From NCBI RefSeq assembly GCF_902168175.1, contig NZ_CABHOU010000103.1, positions 545-64,544 of the forward strand: a stretch of DNA of 64,000 nt, read 5' to 3'. How positions within the stretch are numbered: position 1 is the stretch's first letter; each line of letters opens with the position of its first letter. The notes below the pieces were generated by a model, which searched no databases, was not told the DNA's origin, and saw nothing but the letters and a program-made list of their open reading frames with translations. This DNA is from an uncultured Chitinophaga sp. Lineage in GTDB: Bacteria; Bacteroidota; Bacteroidia; Chitinophagales; Chitinophagaceae. Positions 10,302-19,046 of the stretch are shown here, piece by piece. The translations under genes and the position numbers were made by a program.

Positions 10302-11576
10302 ATGAAAAACATCATCATAACATGTACCATGCTGGCGGCGGTTTTACTGGGCGCCTGCAAAAAAGATGGATTCAATTATAAAATGGTGAAAGCCACCCTG
10401 GAAGATGTAGACTCTGTGTACTTTTCCGCTACCGATAAAATGCTGGTAGCCGACGGGCAGGCGCGCCTCGACTTCATCGTGGAAGCTTACCGCAAGGTCA
10501 CGCTTTCTAACGGAAAAGATACGATGGCGTTCATCGATTACCGTGAACTGCCGGCTGGTTCTCTAAAATTGATAGAGGAAAGATCAGGTACCGAAGTAGG
10601 ACTTTCTTATTCTACCACCACGATCCCTTTTGATACCGTGAAGTTCCACGCGGAAATCGGAACTGTAAAGTCGGCCACCAAACCGGTAGCGCTCAGGCCA
10701 GTGCCCACACTCCCTGCGAAGGTGTATGTAGATGTGATCTTCCACGTGTGGGAACTTAATCCCACGCATGCATCTTACGATCCTATATCTTACCAGGCAG
10801 TACCTTACGATAAATTACAGGAAGCCATTACTTACATGAACAATGTGGTAAATAACAAAGTGGGGCACAGTCCGAACGGCGCTTCGGCCAACGTGGAGTT
10901 CCGCCTGGCTAAAAAGAACGCGGCTGGTCTTGCGCTGGCGCAGCCTGGTTTTAACAAGATCATTTACAGCGATAACATTAAAACCAACCCGCTGGCTACC
11001 AGCTTTGCGATGGCCGACTTTACGACCATCATCAACGCTACACCGGCGAGCTACATCTGGAACCCTAAAGAATTCCTGAACGTACACGTAATTCCGTGGG
11101 GCACCAACTATGCAATGGGTACCGCTTTTCCCGCAAAACAATTGCCTCCTGGTCAGGGCGAGGAGTCGATACTCGGCGTGGCCGGTGTGGCGGCTAACGA
11201 TAACGACTTTGCCCTTACATACGCCGCTGCATGCGTTGGTTTTCCACGCACAGTGTTCTTCCCCGGCTTTGAGCGTAAACTGGAAGCGTTCCGTTACATA
11301 GGTTCGTTTTACGGCCTGTACACGCCCACTTACACGGCTACCCGGCTGTACTCGGATTTTTGCTATGATACGCGCAAATTCGATGGGCTGGATACCAGAA
11401 ACAGCTACTCATTCGCCACCAAGGTGGGCATCGACAATGAAAAATACATCACAGATAATGCTATGGACGATATCCGTTATCCCACACTGCTGACCTCTAT
11501 CACTGTAGACCAGGTGAAGAGAATGCGGGCGGTGATGGCGCGTTGTCCTGGTAGAATGAACGGTAAAATCCAATAA
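10302..11576 (+). CDS. Lipoprotein with M43 (pappalysin-like) metallopeptidase fold lacking the zinc-binding motif
   Basis: Lipobox LGAC. M43-like landmarks DVIFHV, NVEFRLA, WNPKEFLNVHV, SDFCYDT, NAMDD (Met-turn position) and TVDQVKRMRAVM. The HExxHxxGxxH position reads RYIGSFYGLYT (11292-11324). Confidence 0.75.
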   Translation: MKNIIITCTMLAAVLLGACKKDGFNYKMVKATLEDVDSVYFSATDKMLVADGQARLDFIVEAYRKVTLSNGKDTMAFIDYRELPAGSLKLIEERSGTEVGLSYSTTTIPFDTVKFHAEIGTVKSATKPVALRPVPTLPAKVYVDVIFHVWELNPTHASYDPISYQAVPYDKLQEAITYMNNVVNNKVGHSPNGASANVEFRLAKKNAAGLALAQPGFNKIIYSDNIKTNPLATSFAMADFTTIINATPASYIWNPKEFLNVHVIPWGTNYAMGTAFPAKQLPPGQGEESILGVAGVAANDNDFALTYAAACVGFPRTVFFPGFERKLEAFRYIGSFYGLYTPTYTATRLYSDFCYDTRKFDGLDTRNSYSFATKVGIDNEKYITDNAMDDIRYPTLLTSITVDQVKRMRAVMARCPGRMNGKIQ

Positions 11577-11587
11577 AACCACTGATA

Positions 11588-12730
11588 ATGAAAAAACTAT
11601 TATTGCTTGCCATAGCCGGTTTACCCGTACTGATGGTACAAGCGCAGGAAAAAAGCTTTACGCTGCAGGGTAAGATCGACGATATCGGCGAGCCGGGAAA
11701 AGTAATACTGGCGTACAGCGCCGGTGGCAAGAGAATTTCTGATACTGCAACGCTGACAGCAGGTGCGTTCAGTTTTGCCGGAAAGATAGACCAGCCAAAC
11801 AGAGCCATGATAACCTTGTTAAAGTCCAGTGCCAATCCGAGAATGGGTTTAGGCATGGGGTATGGCGGTGAGATTATCGGTCGCGATGGTGTGCAGTTCT
11901 TCCTGGACGAAGGGGCGATTACCTTCCAGGGTAAAACCATCAAGGAAGCTGCCATCAAAGGTTCTGCTGCTCAGAAAGACTACGAAGCGCTAACCCTGGC
12001 GCAAAAGCCCGTGGTAGATAAACTGACCGCGATCAATGCGGAGATGGGAAAACTGGCGAAAGACAGGGAGTCGGAGGAGTACAAAGCCCTCTACAATAAA
12101 CTGCTGGCTACAATGAAAGAGAACGCGCCGGTGCAGGCAGAATTTATCCGCACGCACCCCGACAGTTGGGTAGCCTTCAGTGAACTCACCAGCAAAAGCA
12201 TTATCAGCAATCCTGCGCAAACACAGGAGCAGTTTAAGGGCATGTCGGCCAGGTTGAGGAATAGCGAAGAAGGTAAGAAGTTCGAAGCCCGTATTAAAAG
12301 CGCTTTTGCCACGGCAATTGGTGCTGTAGCGCCTGCGTTTAGCCAGGACAATACCGAGGGTGCTGCCGTTTCGCTGGCTTCCCTGCGTGGTAAATATGTA
12401 CTGATCGACTTTTGGGCCAGCTGGTGCGGACCATGCCGTGCAGAAAACCCTAATGTTAAAATTGCTTACGACAAGTACAAAAGTAAGAACTTCGAAATTC
12501 TTGCCGTATCATTGGACAAAGAGAAAGCGCCATGGATAAAAGCGATTGCCGACGATGGTTTGCCATGGCTGCATGTAAGTGATTTAAAGGGATGGGATAA
12601 CGTGGTGGCGAAACTGTACAACGTTCGCGCTGTGCCTCAGAACTGGCTGATCGATCCTAACGGTGTAATTATCGCCACCAATATGCGCGGTAAAGAACTG
12701 GAAGACAGGTTGGAAAAGGCATTAAAATAA
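11588..12730 (+). CDS. TlpA/AhpC-TSA family thiol-disulfide oxidoreductase with DUF4369-like N-terminus
   Basis: Signal peptide; LIDFWASWCGPCRAENP active site; AVPQNWLIDPNG cis-Pro loop. Confidence 0.92.
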   Translation: MKKLLLLAIAGLPVLMVQAQEKSFTLQGKIDDIGEPGKVILAYSAGGKRISDTATLTAGAFSFAGKIDQPNRAMITLLKSSANPRMGLGMGYGGEIIGRDGVQFFLDEGAITFQGKTIKEAAIKGSAAQKDYEALTLAQKPVVDKLTAINAEMGKLAKDRESEEYKALYNKLLATMKENAPVQAEFIRTHPDSWVAFSELTSKSIISNPAQTQEQFKGMSARLRNSEEGKKFEARIKSAFATAIGAVAPAFSQDNTEGAAVSLASLRGKYVLIDFWASWCGPCRAENPNVKIAYDKYKSKNFEILAVSLDKEKAPWIKAIADDGLPWLHVSDLKGWDNVVAKLYNVRAVPQNWLIDPNGVIIATNMRGKELEDRLEKALK

Positions 12731-12736
12731 CGCATC

Positions 12737-13873
12737 ATGATAAAGAAACAACCATTAGTGCTGGGGCTCCTGTTATTAGCAGGTAGCGTATCAGCACAAA
12801 AAACACTGGTAATAACCGGTAAGTTTACCGGCGATACCAAAGGCTTTAACCAGGTGTACGTATATGGTACCGGCGTTAAAAGCGATTCTGCTTTGATGAC
12901 GGACGGTAAATTCACGTTCACCCTGCCATTCGATAAGCCTTTTATGCCGCTGTTTTACACGGAGTACGATAAAAGCGTGAAGCGAATGTACGCCCCCTTT
13001 GCCGTACTGGCCGACCAACCGGGTACCATTACGCTCAGCGATGGCGACATCAGCAAAGGTATGAGCAGCTTTACGGTGTCGGGGCTCGAAAGCGCCACGC
13101 TTTTTTCGGAGTACCGTAAAAAGCAGAACGAAATGTATGTAACCGTTAACCAGGCAATAGGAGAGAAGTACGGCAAAAACTGGTACGACGCGAAAAACAA
13201 TACGCAGCATAAAGAGGCGAACGAAGCGCAACAGGCTGCCATACAAGCCGGCAACCTGAAGTTGGTGGAAGCATTCATCAATGCACATCCCGACTCTTAC
13301 GCCACGGGTTACATCCTCAGTGGTGCCCGCACTGCCATCGATGTAGCTGATCTCGAAAGGTTGTACAACAAGCTGTCTGCAAAAACAAAAGCTTCCGCCG
13401 AAGCTAAAAATGTAGGCGACTACCTCACCGGACTGAAAAAATCGGCTATTGGTGCTACGGTGGCGAACTTTACGTTGAATACGCCGCAGGACAAACCTTT
13501 TGCTTTTTCCGAACTGAAAGGCAAATATGTAATGATCGACTTCTGGGCCAGCTGGTGCGGTCCCTGCAAACAGTCGTTCCCGCATATGAAAGAAGTGTAT
13601 GCGAAGTACAAAAGCGACAAATTCGAGATCTACAGCATCTCCATCGACAAGGATAAAGCTGCCTGGCTCAAAGGGCTGGAAGATCAGCAACTTCCCTGGC
13701 TACAGTCGCTGGATACCAAAGGTATTTCGAGCAGCGGGTTCGCCGTAACCGGAGTACCCACTACTTTCCTGATTGATCCTAAAGGGAAAATACTGATGAA
13801 AGAAGTAGGATTCGAACCCGGTGGCAACAGTCCGCTGGAAAAGAAACTCGAAGAGCTGTTTGGCGCAAAATAA
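12737..13873 (+). CDS. Second TlpA-family thiol-disulfide oxidoreductase
   Basis: Signal peptide; MIDFWASWCGPCKQSFP; GVPTTFLIDPKG. Confidence 0.92.
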   Translation: MIKKQPLVLGLLLLAGSVSAQKTLVITGKFTGDTKGFNQVYVYGTGVKSDSALMTDGKFTFTLPFDKPFMPLFYTEYDKSVKRMYAPFAVLADQPGTITLSDGDISKGMSSFTVSGLESATLFSEYRKKQNEMYVTVNQAIGEKYGKNWYDAKNNTQHKEANEAQQAAIQAGNLKLVEAFINAHPDSYATGYILSGARTAIDVADLERLYNKLSAKTKASAEAKNVGDYLTGLKKSAIGATVANFTLNTPQDKPFAFSELKGKYVMIDFWASWCGPCKQSFPHMKEVYAKYKSDKFEIYSISIDKDKAAWLKGLEDQQLPWLQSLDTKGISSSGFAVTGVPTTFLIDPKGKILMKEVGFEPGGNSPLEKKLEELFGAK

Positions 13874-13893
13874 CCTGGAATAAATGCTAATGT

Positions 13894-13928
13894 AAGCGGC
13901 CGTACCTGCGAGGGGGCGGCCGCTTTTA
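13894..13928 (+). terminator. Intrinsic terminator closing the first SusC/D operon
   Basis: AAGCGGCCG (13894-13902) and CGGCCGCTT (13917-13925) followed by T residues. Confidence 0.75.
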
Positions 13929-14018
13929 GTTAGGTGGATGGGCCTGGCGGAATGCAGATTCGGTAAATAACACCATAAAATCCATGAATAATCTCATACC
14001 TGTGGTACTATTTCGCTT

Positions 14019-14026
14019 TACCTTTG
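14019..14026 (+). promoter_or_regulatory. Bacteroidetes housekeeping -7 promoter element (TAnnTTTG)
   Basis: TACCTTTG lies 20 bp upstream of the araC ATG; no clear -33 element was seen. Confidence 0.55.
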
Positions 14027-14045
14027 TGTAGTAATAGATTGCATC

Positions 14046-14933
14046 ATGGCAAAGGAAAAGATACCGGTTTACGACATTTGCAGCTTAGGCAAGGCGCACG
14101 AAGGAAACGACGACTTCCTGGCCGACCGGTTTTCCGATTACCTGGGCAAGTATTACGACCATCTGCATTTTCCGCATAAACACGCTTTCTTTCACCTGGT
14201 GTTGTTTACGAAAGGCACAGGCACTCATACCATTGATTTTTCCACTTTTGATGTAAAGCCCAGGCAGGTCTACTTTATGGTGCCAGGGCAGGTGCATAGC
14301 TGGCATTTTACAGGGAATACGGACGGTTACATCATCAACTTCTCCGCCTCCTTCTTTAAATCCTTCCTGCAAAATGAAAGTTACCTGGACAGGTTCTCGT
14401 TTTTCAGCGGTATCAGCGAAGAAGGGGTCAGCCAGTTAGCGCCCGATGTGTTTGCAAAAGCGGGTGAGCTGCTGGAGCAGATACTGGGTTATGTAAGCGA
14501 TATGCGCAAACATGCCGATATGATCAAAGTGTTGCTGTTGCAGTTGTTTATGGTGATAGAAGATGTACAGGCGGTGAAGCAGCAGGGCGCTGTGCCGCAG
14601 CAGAAGCTCGTACTGTTAAAAGGTTTCAGGCGACTGATAGATGCGCATTACCGTACCATGCGTTTGCCGGGTGAGTTTGCAGACCTGTTGTACGTTACCC
14701 CCAATCACCTGAACGCACTTTGCCAGGACCTGGTAGGCAAAACCGCCGGAGAACTGATCCGCGACAGGGTTTTGCTGGAAGCCAAACGCCTGCTGGCGAA
14801 TGCAAAGATGACGATCACCGAAGTGGCGTATGACCTCAACTTCCAGGACAACTCTTACTTTAACCGCTTCTTCAAAAAATACACGGGTCAAACACCCGAC
14901 GAATTCAGGAAAAGTATTACTGAACTTAAATAG
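14046..14933 (+). CDS. AraC-family transcriptional regulator with cupin sensing domain
   Basis: PHKHAFFHLV...H.IDF cupin region; C-terminal double HTH (TITEVAYDLNFQDNSYFNRFFKKYTGQTP). Confidence 0.93.
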   Translation: MAKEKIPVYDICSLGKAHEGNDDFLADRFSDYLGKYYDHLHFPHKHAFFHLVLFTKGTGTHTIDFSTFDVKPRQVYFMVPGQVHSWHFTGNTDGYIINFSASFFKSFLQNESYLDRFSFFSGISEEGVSQLAPDVFAKAGELLEQILGYVSDMRKHADMIKVLLLQLFMVIEDVQAVKQQGAVPQQKLVLLKGFRRLIDAHYRTMRLPGEFADLLYVTPNHLNALCQDLVGKTAGELIRDRVLLEAKRLLANAKMTITEVAYDLNFQDNSYFNRFFKKYTGQTPDEFRKSITELK

Positions 14934-14940
14934 TTATAAG

Positions 14941-15414
14941 ATGGAACAAGATATGATGGTGGCTGACAAAGCCTCCAAACGGCCTTCCTTTGTCAAAGTA
15001 TTTGCGTGTAAATGTCCCCGTTGCAGGCGCGGCGATATGTTCGCCGACAAAAATCCATATCATCTTAAACGTACCATGAAGATGAACGTTCACTGCCCGG
15101 TATGTAACCAGCCCTTCGACCTTGAAGTAGGTTTCTACTACGGATCTGGCTACGTGAGTTACGCCTTGTCTGTTGCCATTAGTGTGGCCTCGCTGGTAGC
15201 CTGGTTTTTAACGATCGGCATGGGCCTGTACGATAACCGTTTCATTTACTGGCTGGTCGCCAACGGCGTATTACTGGTGGCACTGCAACCCATACTTATG
15301 CGGCTGGCCCGCTCCATATGGATTGCATTTTTTGTTGGGTACGATGATAACTGGCAGCAACATGCTCCTAAAGAACCTGAGCGTGTAAATAAAGACTTTA
15401 CCAACGCCTGGTAA
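14941..15414 (+). CDS. DUF983-like membrane protein with two CxxC motifs
   Basis: CPRC and CPVC, EVGFYYGSGYVSY and two TM helices. The ATG at 14941 follows the araC stop; the track's longer 14830 start overlaps araC. Confidence 0.8.
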   Translation: MEQDMMVADKASKRPSFVKVFACKCPRCRRGDMFADKNPYHLKRTMKMNVHCPVCNQPFDLEVGFYYGSGYVSYALSVAISVASLVAWFLTIGMGLYDNRFIYWLVANGVLLVALQPILMRLARSIWIAFFVGYDDNWQQHAPKEPERVNKDFTNAW

Positions 15415-17793
15415 TTATTCCGACCGTAAACTTCTAACCGGGTTGGCCAGCGCCGCTTTTATCGTTTGTGTACTCACTGTAAGCAGCGTAACAAGTATCG
15501 CGGCCGATCCGGCCATAGCAAATATCCACCACGAAACGGCGATGCGGTACGTATAACGTTCGAGCCACTGGTGAAGGAAGTAATAGGCGACAGGGCTGGC
15601 AATAATGCAGGAGATTACTACCAGTACCAGGAACTCTTTCGATAACAATCCCCAGAGGTTCATTACTGAAGCGCCCAGCACTTTGCGTATACCTATTTCC
15701 TTGGTGCGCTGTTCCGCCATAAAAGAGGCGAGTCCCAGCAAACCCAGGCAGCTGATAAGGATAGCCAGCAGGGTAATCAGGAACGCCAGTTGCCCTATTC
15801 GTTCCTCGTCTGCAAATTTCTTCCCGTATTCTTCGCTGGCGAACGTATAGTCGAATGGCGCTTTGGGGTTATATTGTTTGAACATGTCGCCGATCTTCGC
15901 TAATGCCACGCTGGTGCTGTTAGCGGGATTCAGCCTGATGTTCACGAAGTTGCCCGGCTCTTTTAATATGTAGTAAATGCTTGGGTAGACAGGTTCATAG
16001 GGAGATTTCATCACCATGTCTTTTATCACACCCGTCACTATAAACGGTTCGCCTTTCCATCTGATGGTTTCGCCTATTGGGTTTTTAAGTCCCATATACT
16101 TAACTGCCGCCTCGTTAAGGATTACGCCGCTGGAGTCGCTCGCAAATTTGGGAGAAAAGTCGCGTCCCTGTACTATCTGCCAGCCGACGGCCGCTCCGTA
16201 ACCATGTGTAGCGCCTACCAGGGCAACAGAAGACGGCGTTGCGGGGTCTTTTCCTTTCCATTCAAAGTCGCTGCTACCCGACCATACATCCGTGATAGGG
16301 CCCTGCGACTGCGAAACAGCCAACGCTACCCCCGATCGTTTTAACTCGTCGGCGATAGTAAGGTAGTGGTCATATATATCTGGTGTGGTCATTTGGATGG
16401 ATATCAATCCTTCCCGGTTATAACCTACCGGCCTGTTTTTAGCAAATTGTATCTGCCTGTAAACCGTGATCGTGCCTGTGATGAGCAATACAGATACTAT
16501 GAATTGTACCACCACTAGTAATTTACGGGGTACCGATGCATAACGCCCCACACGGAATGTACCTTTCAGTACCTTTACAGGTTGAAACGACGACAGGTAA
16601 GCCGCCGGGTAACTCCCGGCAATAATGCCGGCAAACAAACTAAAACCGGCGCAGATCGCCCAGAACAATGGACTGCTCCACAATATCGAGATATGTTTAC
16701 CCGCAATATCGTTAAACAAGGGCAGCGCCAGTTGTGCAAGCAACAGGGCGACCACTAAAGCCAGCATCGACACCAGTATCGATTCGGCGAAGAACTGGCT
16801 GACCAGCTGGCTACGTAAAGAGCCAACTGCTTTTCTGATGCCAACTTCCTTTGCGCGCTTTTCTGACCGTGCGGTACTCAGGTTCATGAAGTTGATTACC
16901 GCAAGCAGTAGTACGAAAAGGCCGATAGTGCCAAACAGTTTAACGAATTGTATCAATCCGCCGGTGCTCACGCCGTTTTTGAATTCCGAAAATAAACGCC
17001 AACGGCTCATGGGATGTGCAAATACTTCAACCTTATACTTTGCTGCTTCCGGAAGCATATCGGCAACCAGCGGCTTTATCTTTTTGTTTAACTGTTCGAA
17101 ACTAGTATGCGGGGCGATTTGTACGTATACGGAAAACGCAAAAAAATCCCACGATTCCGCAATATCCTTCACCCATTGCCATCGGGTCAGCATCAGTTTC
17201 CAGGGTGTAATGTAGTTCAGTTCATGAAAGCCGCTGTTTTCGGGCAGGTTCTTATATACGCCGGTTACCTTCACATCTATACGGTTATCGATGGTAACAA
17301 CTTTGCCTACCGGATCGGCCTGGCCAAATAACACGTTGGCCGTTTTCTCGGAAAGCAGGATAGAATACGGATCTTTTAGTCCTGCCCGCGATCCGCTGAT
17401 CATTTCCAGTGTTAGCATGTCCGGCGCATCCTCACCCATGAAGTTCCCTAATTCCGAAAGTTTGTTATCACCATAAGAAATATTGTGTACGCCGGGAGAC
17501 GACATCACCACGTACTCAAGGTCACTGCCGTATGCTTCTTTCAACGCTGTGCCCATCGGTACGGGCATGCCGGAAGAAGCCTCGGTTTTACCTTCGTCTG
17601 TGGCCCGCGTCCATATTTGCGCAATACGGTCGTAGTTCGCATGATATTTATTAAAGGAATACTCGTCCCATATCCATAGCCCTATCAGTATGGCTACGGC
17701 CATGCCCACAGCAAAACCTGTAATGTTGATGGCTGAATATATCCTGTTTTTACGCAGATTGCGCCAGGCGATCTTGAAGTAGTTCTTTAGCAT
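15415..17793 (-). CDS. MacB/FtsX-type ABC transporter permease (duplicated MacB_PCD + FtsX domains)
   Basis: MLKNYFKIAWRNL N-terminus, INFMNLSTARSEKRAKEVGIRK, EQRTKEIGIRKVLGAS, C-terminal AALANPVRSLRSE. Confidence 0.93.
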   Translation of the reverse strand: MLKNYFKIAWRNLRKNRIYSAINITGFAVGMAVAILIGLWIWDEYSFNKYHANYDRIAQIWTRATDEGKTEASSGMPVPMGTALKEAYGSDLEYVVMSSPGVHNISYGDNKLSELGNFMGEDAPDMLTLEMISGSRAGLKDPYSILLSEKTANVLFGQADPVGKVVTIDNRIDVKVTGVYKNLPENSGFHELNYITPWKLMLTRWQWVKDIAESWDFFAFSVYVQIAPHTSFEQLNKKIKPLVADMLPEAAKYKVEVFAHPMSRWRLFSEFKNGVSTGGLIQFVKLFGTIGLFVLLLAVINFMNLSTARSEKRAKEVGIRKAVGSLRSQLVSQFFAESILVSMLALVVALLLAQLALPLFNDIAGKHISILWSSPLFWAICAGFSLFAGIIAGSYPAAYLSSFQPVKVLKGTFRVGRYASVPRKLLVVVQFIVSVLLITGTITVYRQIQFAKNRPVGYNREGLISIQMTTPDIYDHYLTIADELKRSGVALAVSQSQGPITDVWSGSSDFEWKGKDPATPSSVALVGATHGYGAAVGWQIVQGRDFSPKFASDSSGVILNEAAVKYMGLKNPIGETIRWKGEPFIVTGVIKDMVMKSPYEPVYPSIYYILKEPGNFVNIRLNPANSTSVALAKIGDMFKQYNPKAPFDYTFASEEYGKKFADEERIGQLAFLITLLAILISCLGLLGLASFMAEQRTKEIGIRKVLGASVMNLWGLLSKEFLVLVVISCIIASPVAYYFLHQWLERYTYRIAVSWWIFAMAGSAAILVTLLTVSTQTIKAALANPVRSLRSE

Positions 17794-17821
17794 GTCGGGA
17801 TAGTTGATGTGATTGGGGTAC

Positions 17822-17903
17822 CCAAGACAATGCCACTAATTGCATCCTAAACGGACAGGAGATTATATATTACAAAAAAATCAACCTGTCCGCTTTTGAT
17901 ACA
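17822..17903 (-). promoter_or_regulatory. Putative sigma54-type (-24/-12) promoter with upstream activator-like site
   Basis: The minus strand reads TGGCATTGTCTTGG (17822-17835; GG-N10-GG). Upstream is TGT-N11-ACA (17887-17903), plus an 8-bp inverted pair CGGACAGG/CCTGTCCG (17852-17859, 17885-17892) around an AT tract. Confidence 0.45.
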
Positions 17904-17931
17904 AAGTATTGTTCATTTTTAAGAGAACGGG

Positions 17932-18915
17932 TTAAAAGTGTCCTCTTATCTTTTCATAAATCTCTTCATCATATAACTTTCTTAATGCAGTATGAGTGGA
18001 AGATGGGAGAGGTGGTAACGCCGCAGCTTCTACATTACCCGCTACCTGCGAAAGTTTAGAAGCACCAGGAATAACGGTGGTTACGCCCGGATGATCAAGT
18101 ATCCAGCGGATAGCCCATTGCGCCATACGTTCATCGGGCAGCAGGGATTTTATACGGGCGGCAAATTGTACGCCATCCTTAAACGGAACACCCGAGAAGG
18201 TTTCACCGGCGTTAAATGCCTCGCCGTTCGCGTTGAAGTTGCGGTGGTCTTTGGTTTCAAACACAGTATCTTCCTTAAACTTACCGGTTAACAGTCCGCT
18301 CGCCAATGGCACGCGTACGATCACCGCCACCCCTTTCTCTTTCGCTTTTGCAAACACCTCATCTGCCACATGCTGGCGGAACAGGTTAAAGATGATTTGC
18401 AAAGAGGCGAGTCCTTCCTGCTCCAGGCAGATCAGTGCTTCTTCCGACGTTTCCACGCTGGCTCCGAAATACCGGATCAGGCCCTCTTCCCTGAATTTGC
18501 GCAGGTGATCGAATACCTCACCCGATCGCATGATCTCCGTAGGGATACAATGCAATTGCTCCAGGAACAACTGTGACTGGCCAAGGTGTTGCAATGAGTC
18601 CTCGATATGCTTCCGCATCACATCGTAACCGAAGTTTTGCGGCCAGCCATTCGGTTGATCGCCACGGCGGCCCAGTTTGGTGGCCACTAACACCTCTTTA
18701 TCAACTGTAGTTAAGAATTTGCCTATAATACGTTCGCTAACCCCCATTCCGTAAACATCGGCCGTATCTATGAAGTTGCCGCCTGCGTCCGTGTAGGCTT
18801 TTAATATCTCCAATGCTTTGTCTTCATCTACCACACCCCAGTCTGCACTACCCAGTTGCCACGTACCAAGGCCCACTTCGGCCACTTTTACATCTTTGAA
18901 TGTCCTGTAATTCAT
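17932..18915 (-). CDS. Aldo/keto reductase
   Basis: GLGTWQLG, FIDTADVYG (catalytic Asp/Tyr), ATKLG (Lys), QLHC (His), VPLASGLLTGK. The real start is probably the ATG at 18915 (MNYRTF). Confidence 0.93.
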   Translation of the reverse strand: MNYRTFKDVKVAEVGLGTWQLGSADWGVVDEDKALEILKAYTDAGGNFIDTADVYGMGVSERIIGKFLTTVDKEVLVATKLGRRGDQPNGWPQNFGYDVMRKHIEDSLQHLGQSQLFLEQLHCIPTEIMRSGEVFDHLRKFREEGLIRYFGASVETSEEALICLEQEGLASLQIIFNLFRQHVADEVFAKAKEKGVAVIVRVPLASGLLTGKFKEDTVFETKDHRNFNANGEAFNAGETFSGVPFKDGVQFAARIKSLLPDERMAQWAIRWILDHPGVTTVIPGASKLSQVAGNVEAAALPPLPSSTHTALRKLYDEEIYEKIRGHF

Positions 18916-19046
18916 GAGGTTCGTTTTTACTGAAAGACAAATGTGCGGAAAAATTGGTAGAAACGCGCAATTGGGGAAGATAAGCGGCGATTTAAGCAAC
19001 TCATTCAGTAACAATTGCTACTGGCATAGTATTCGTTGCATTACTC

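Noticed and set aside
12791-13690. 299-aa minus-strand ORF
   Set aside because: Antisense shadow of the second TlpA gene.
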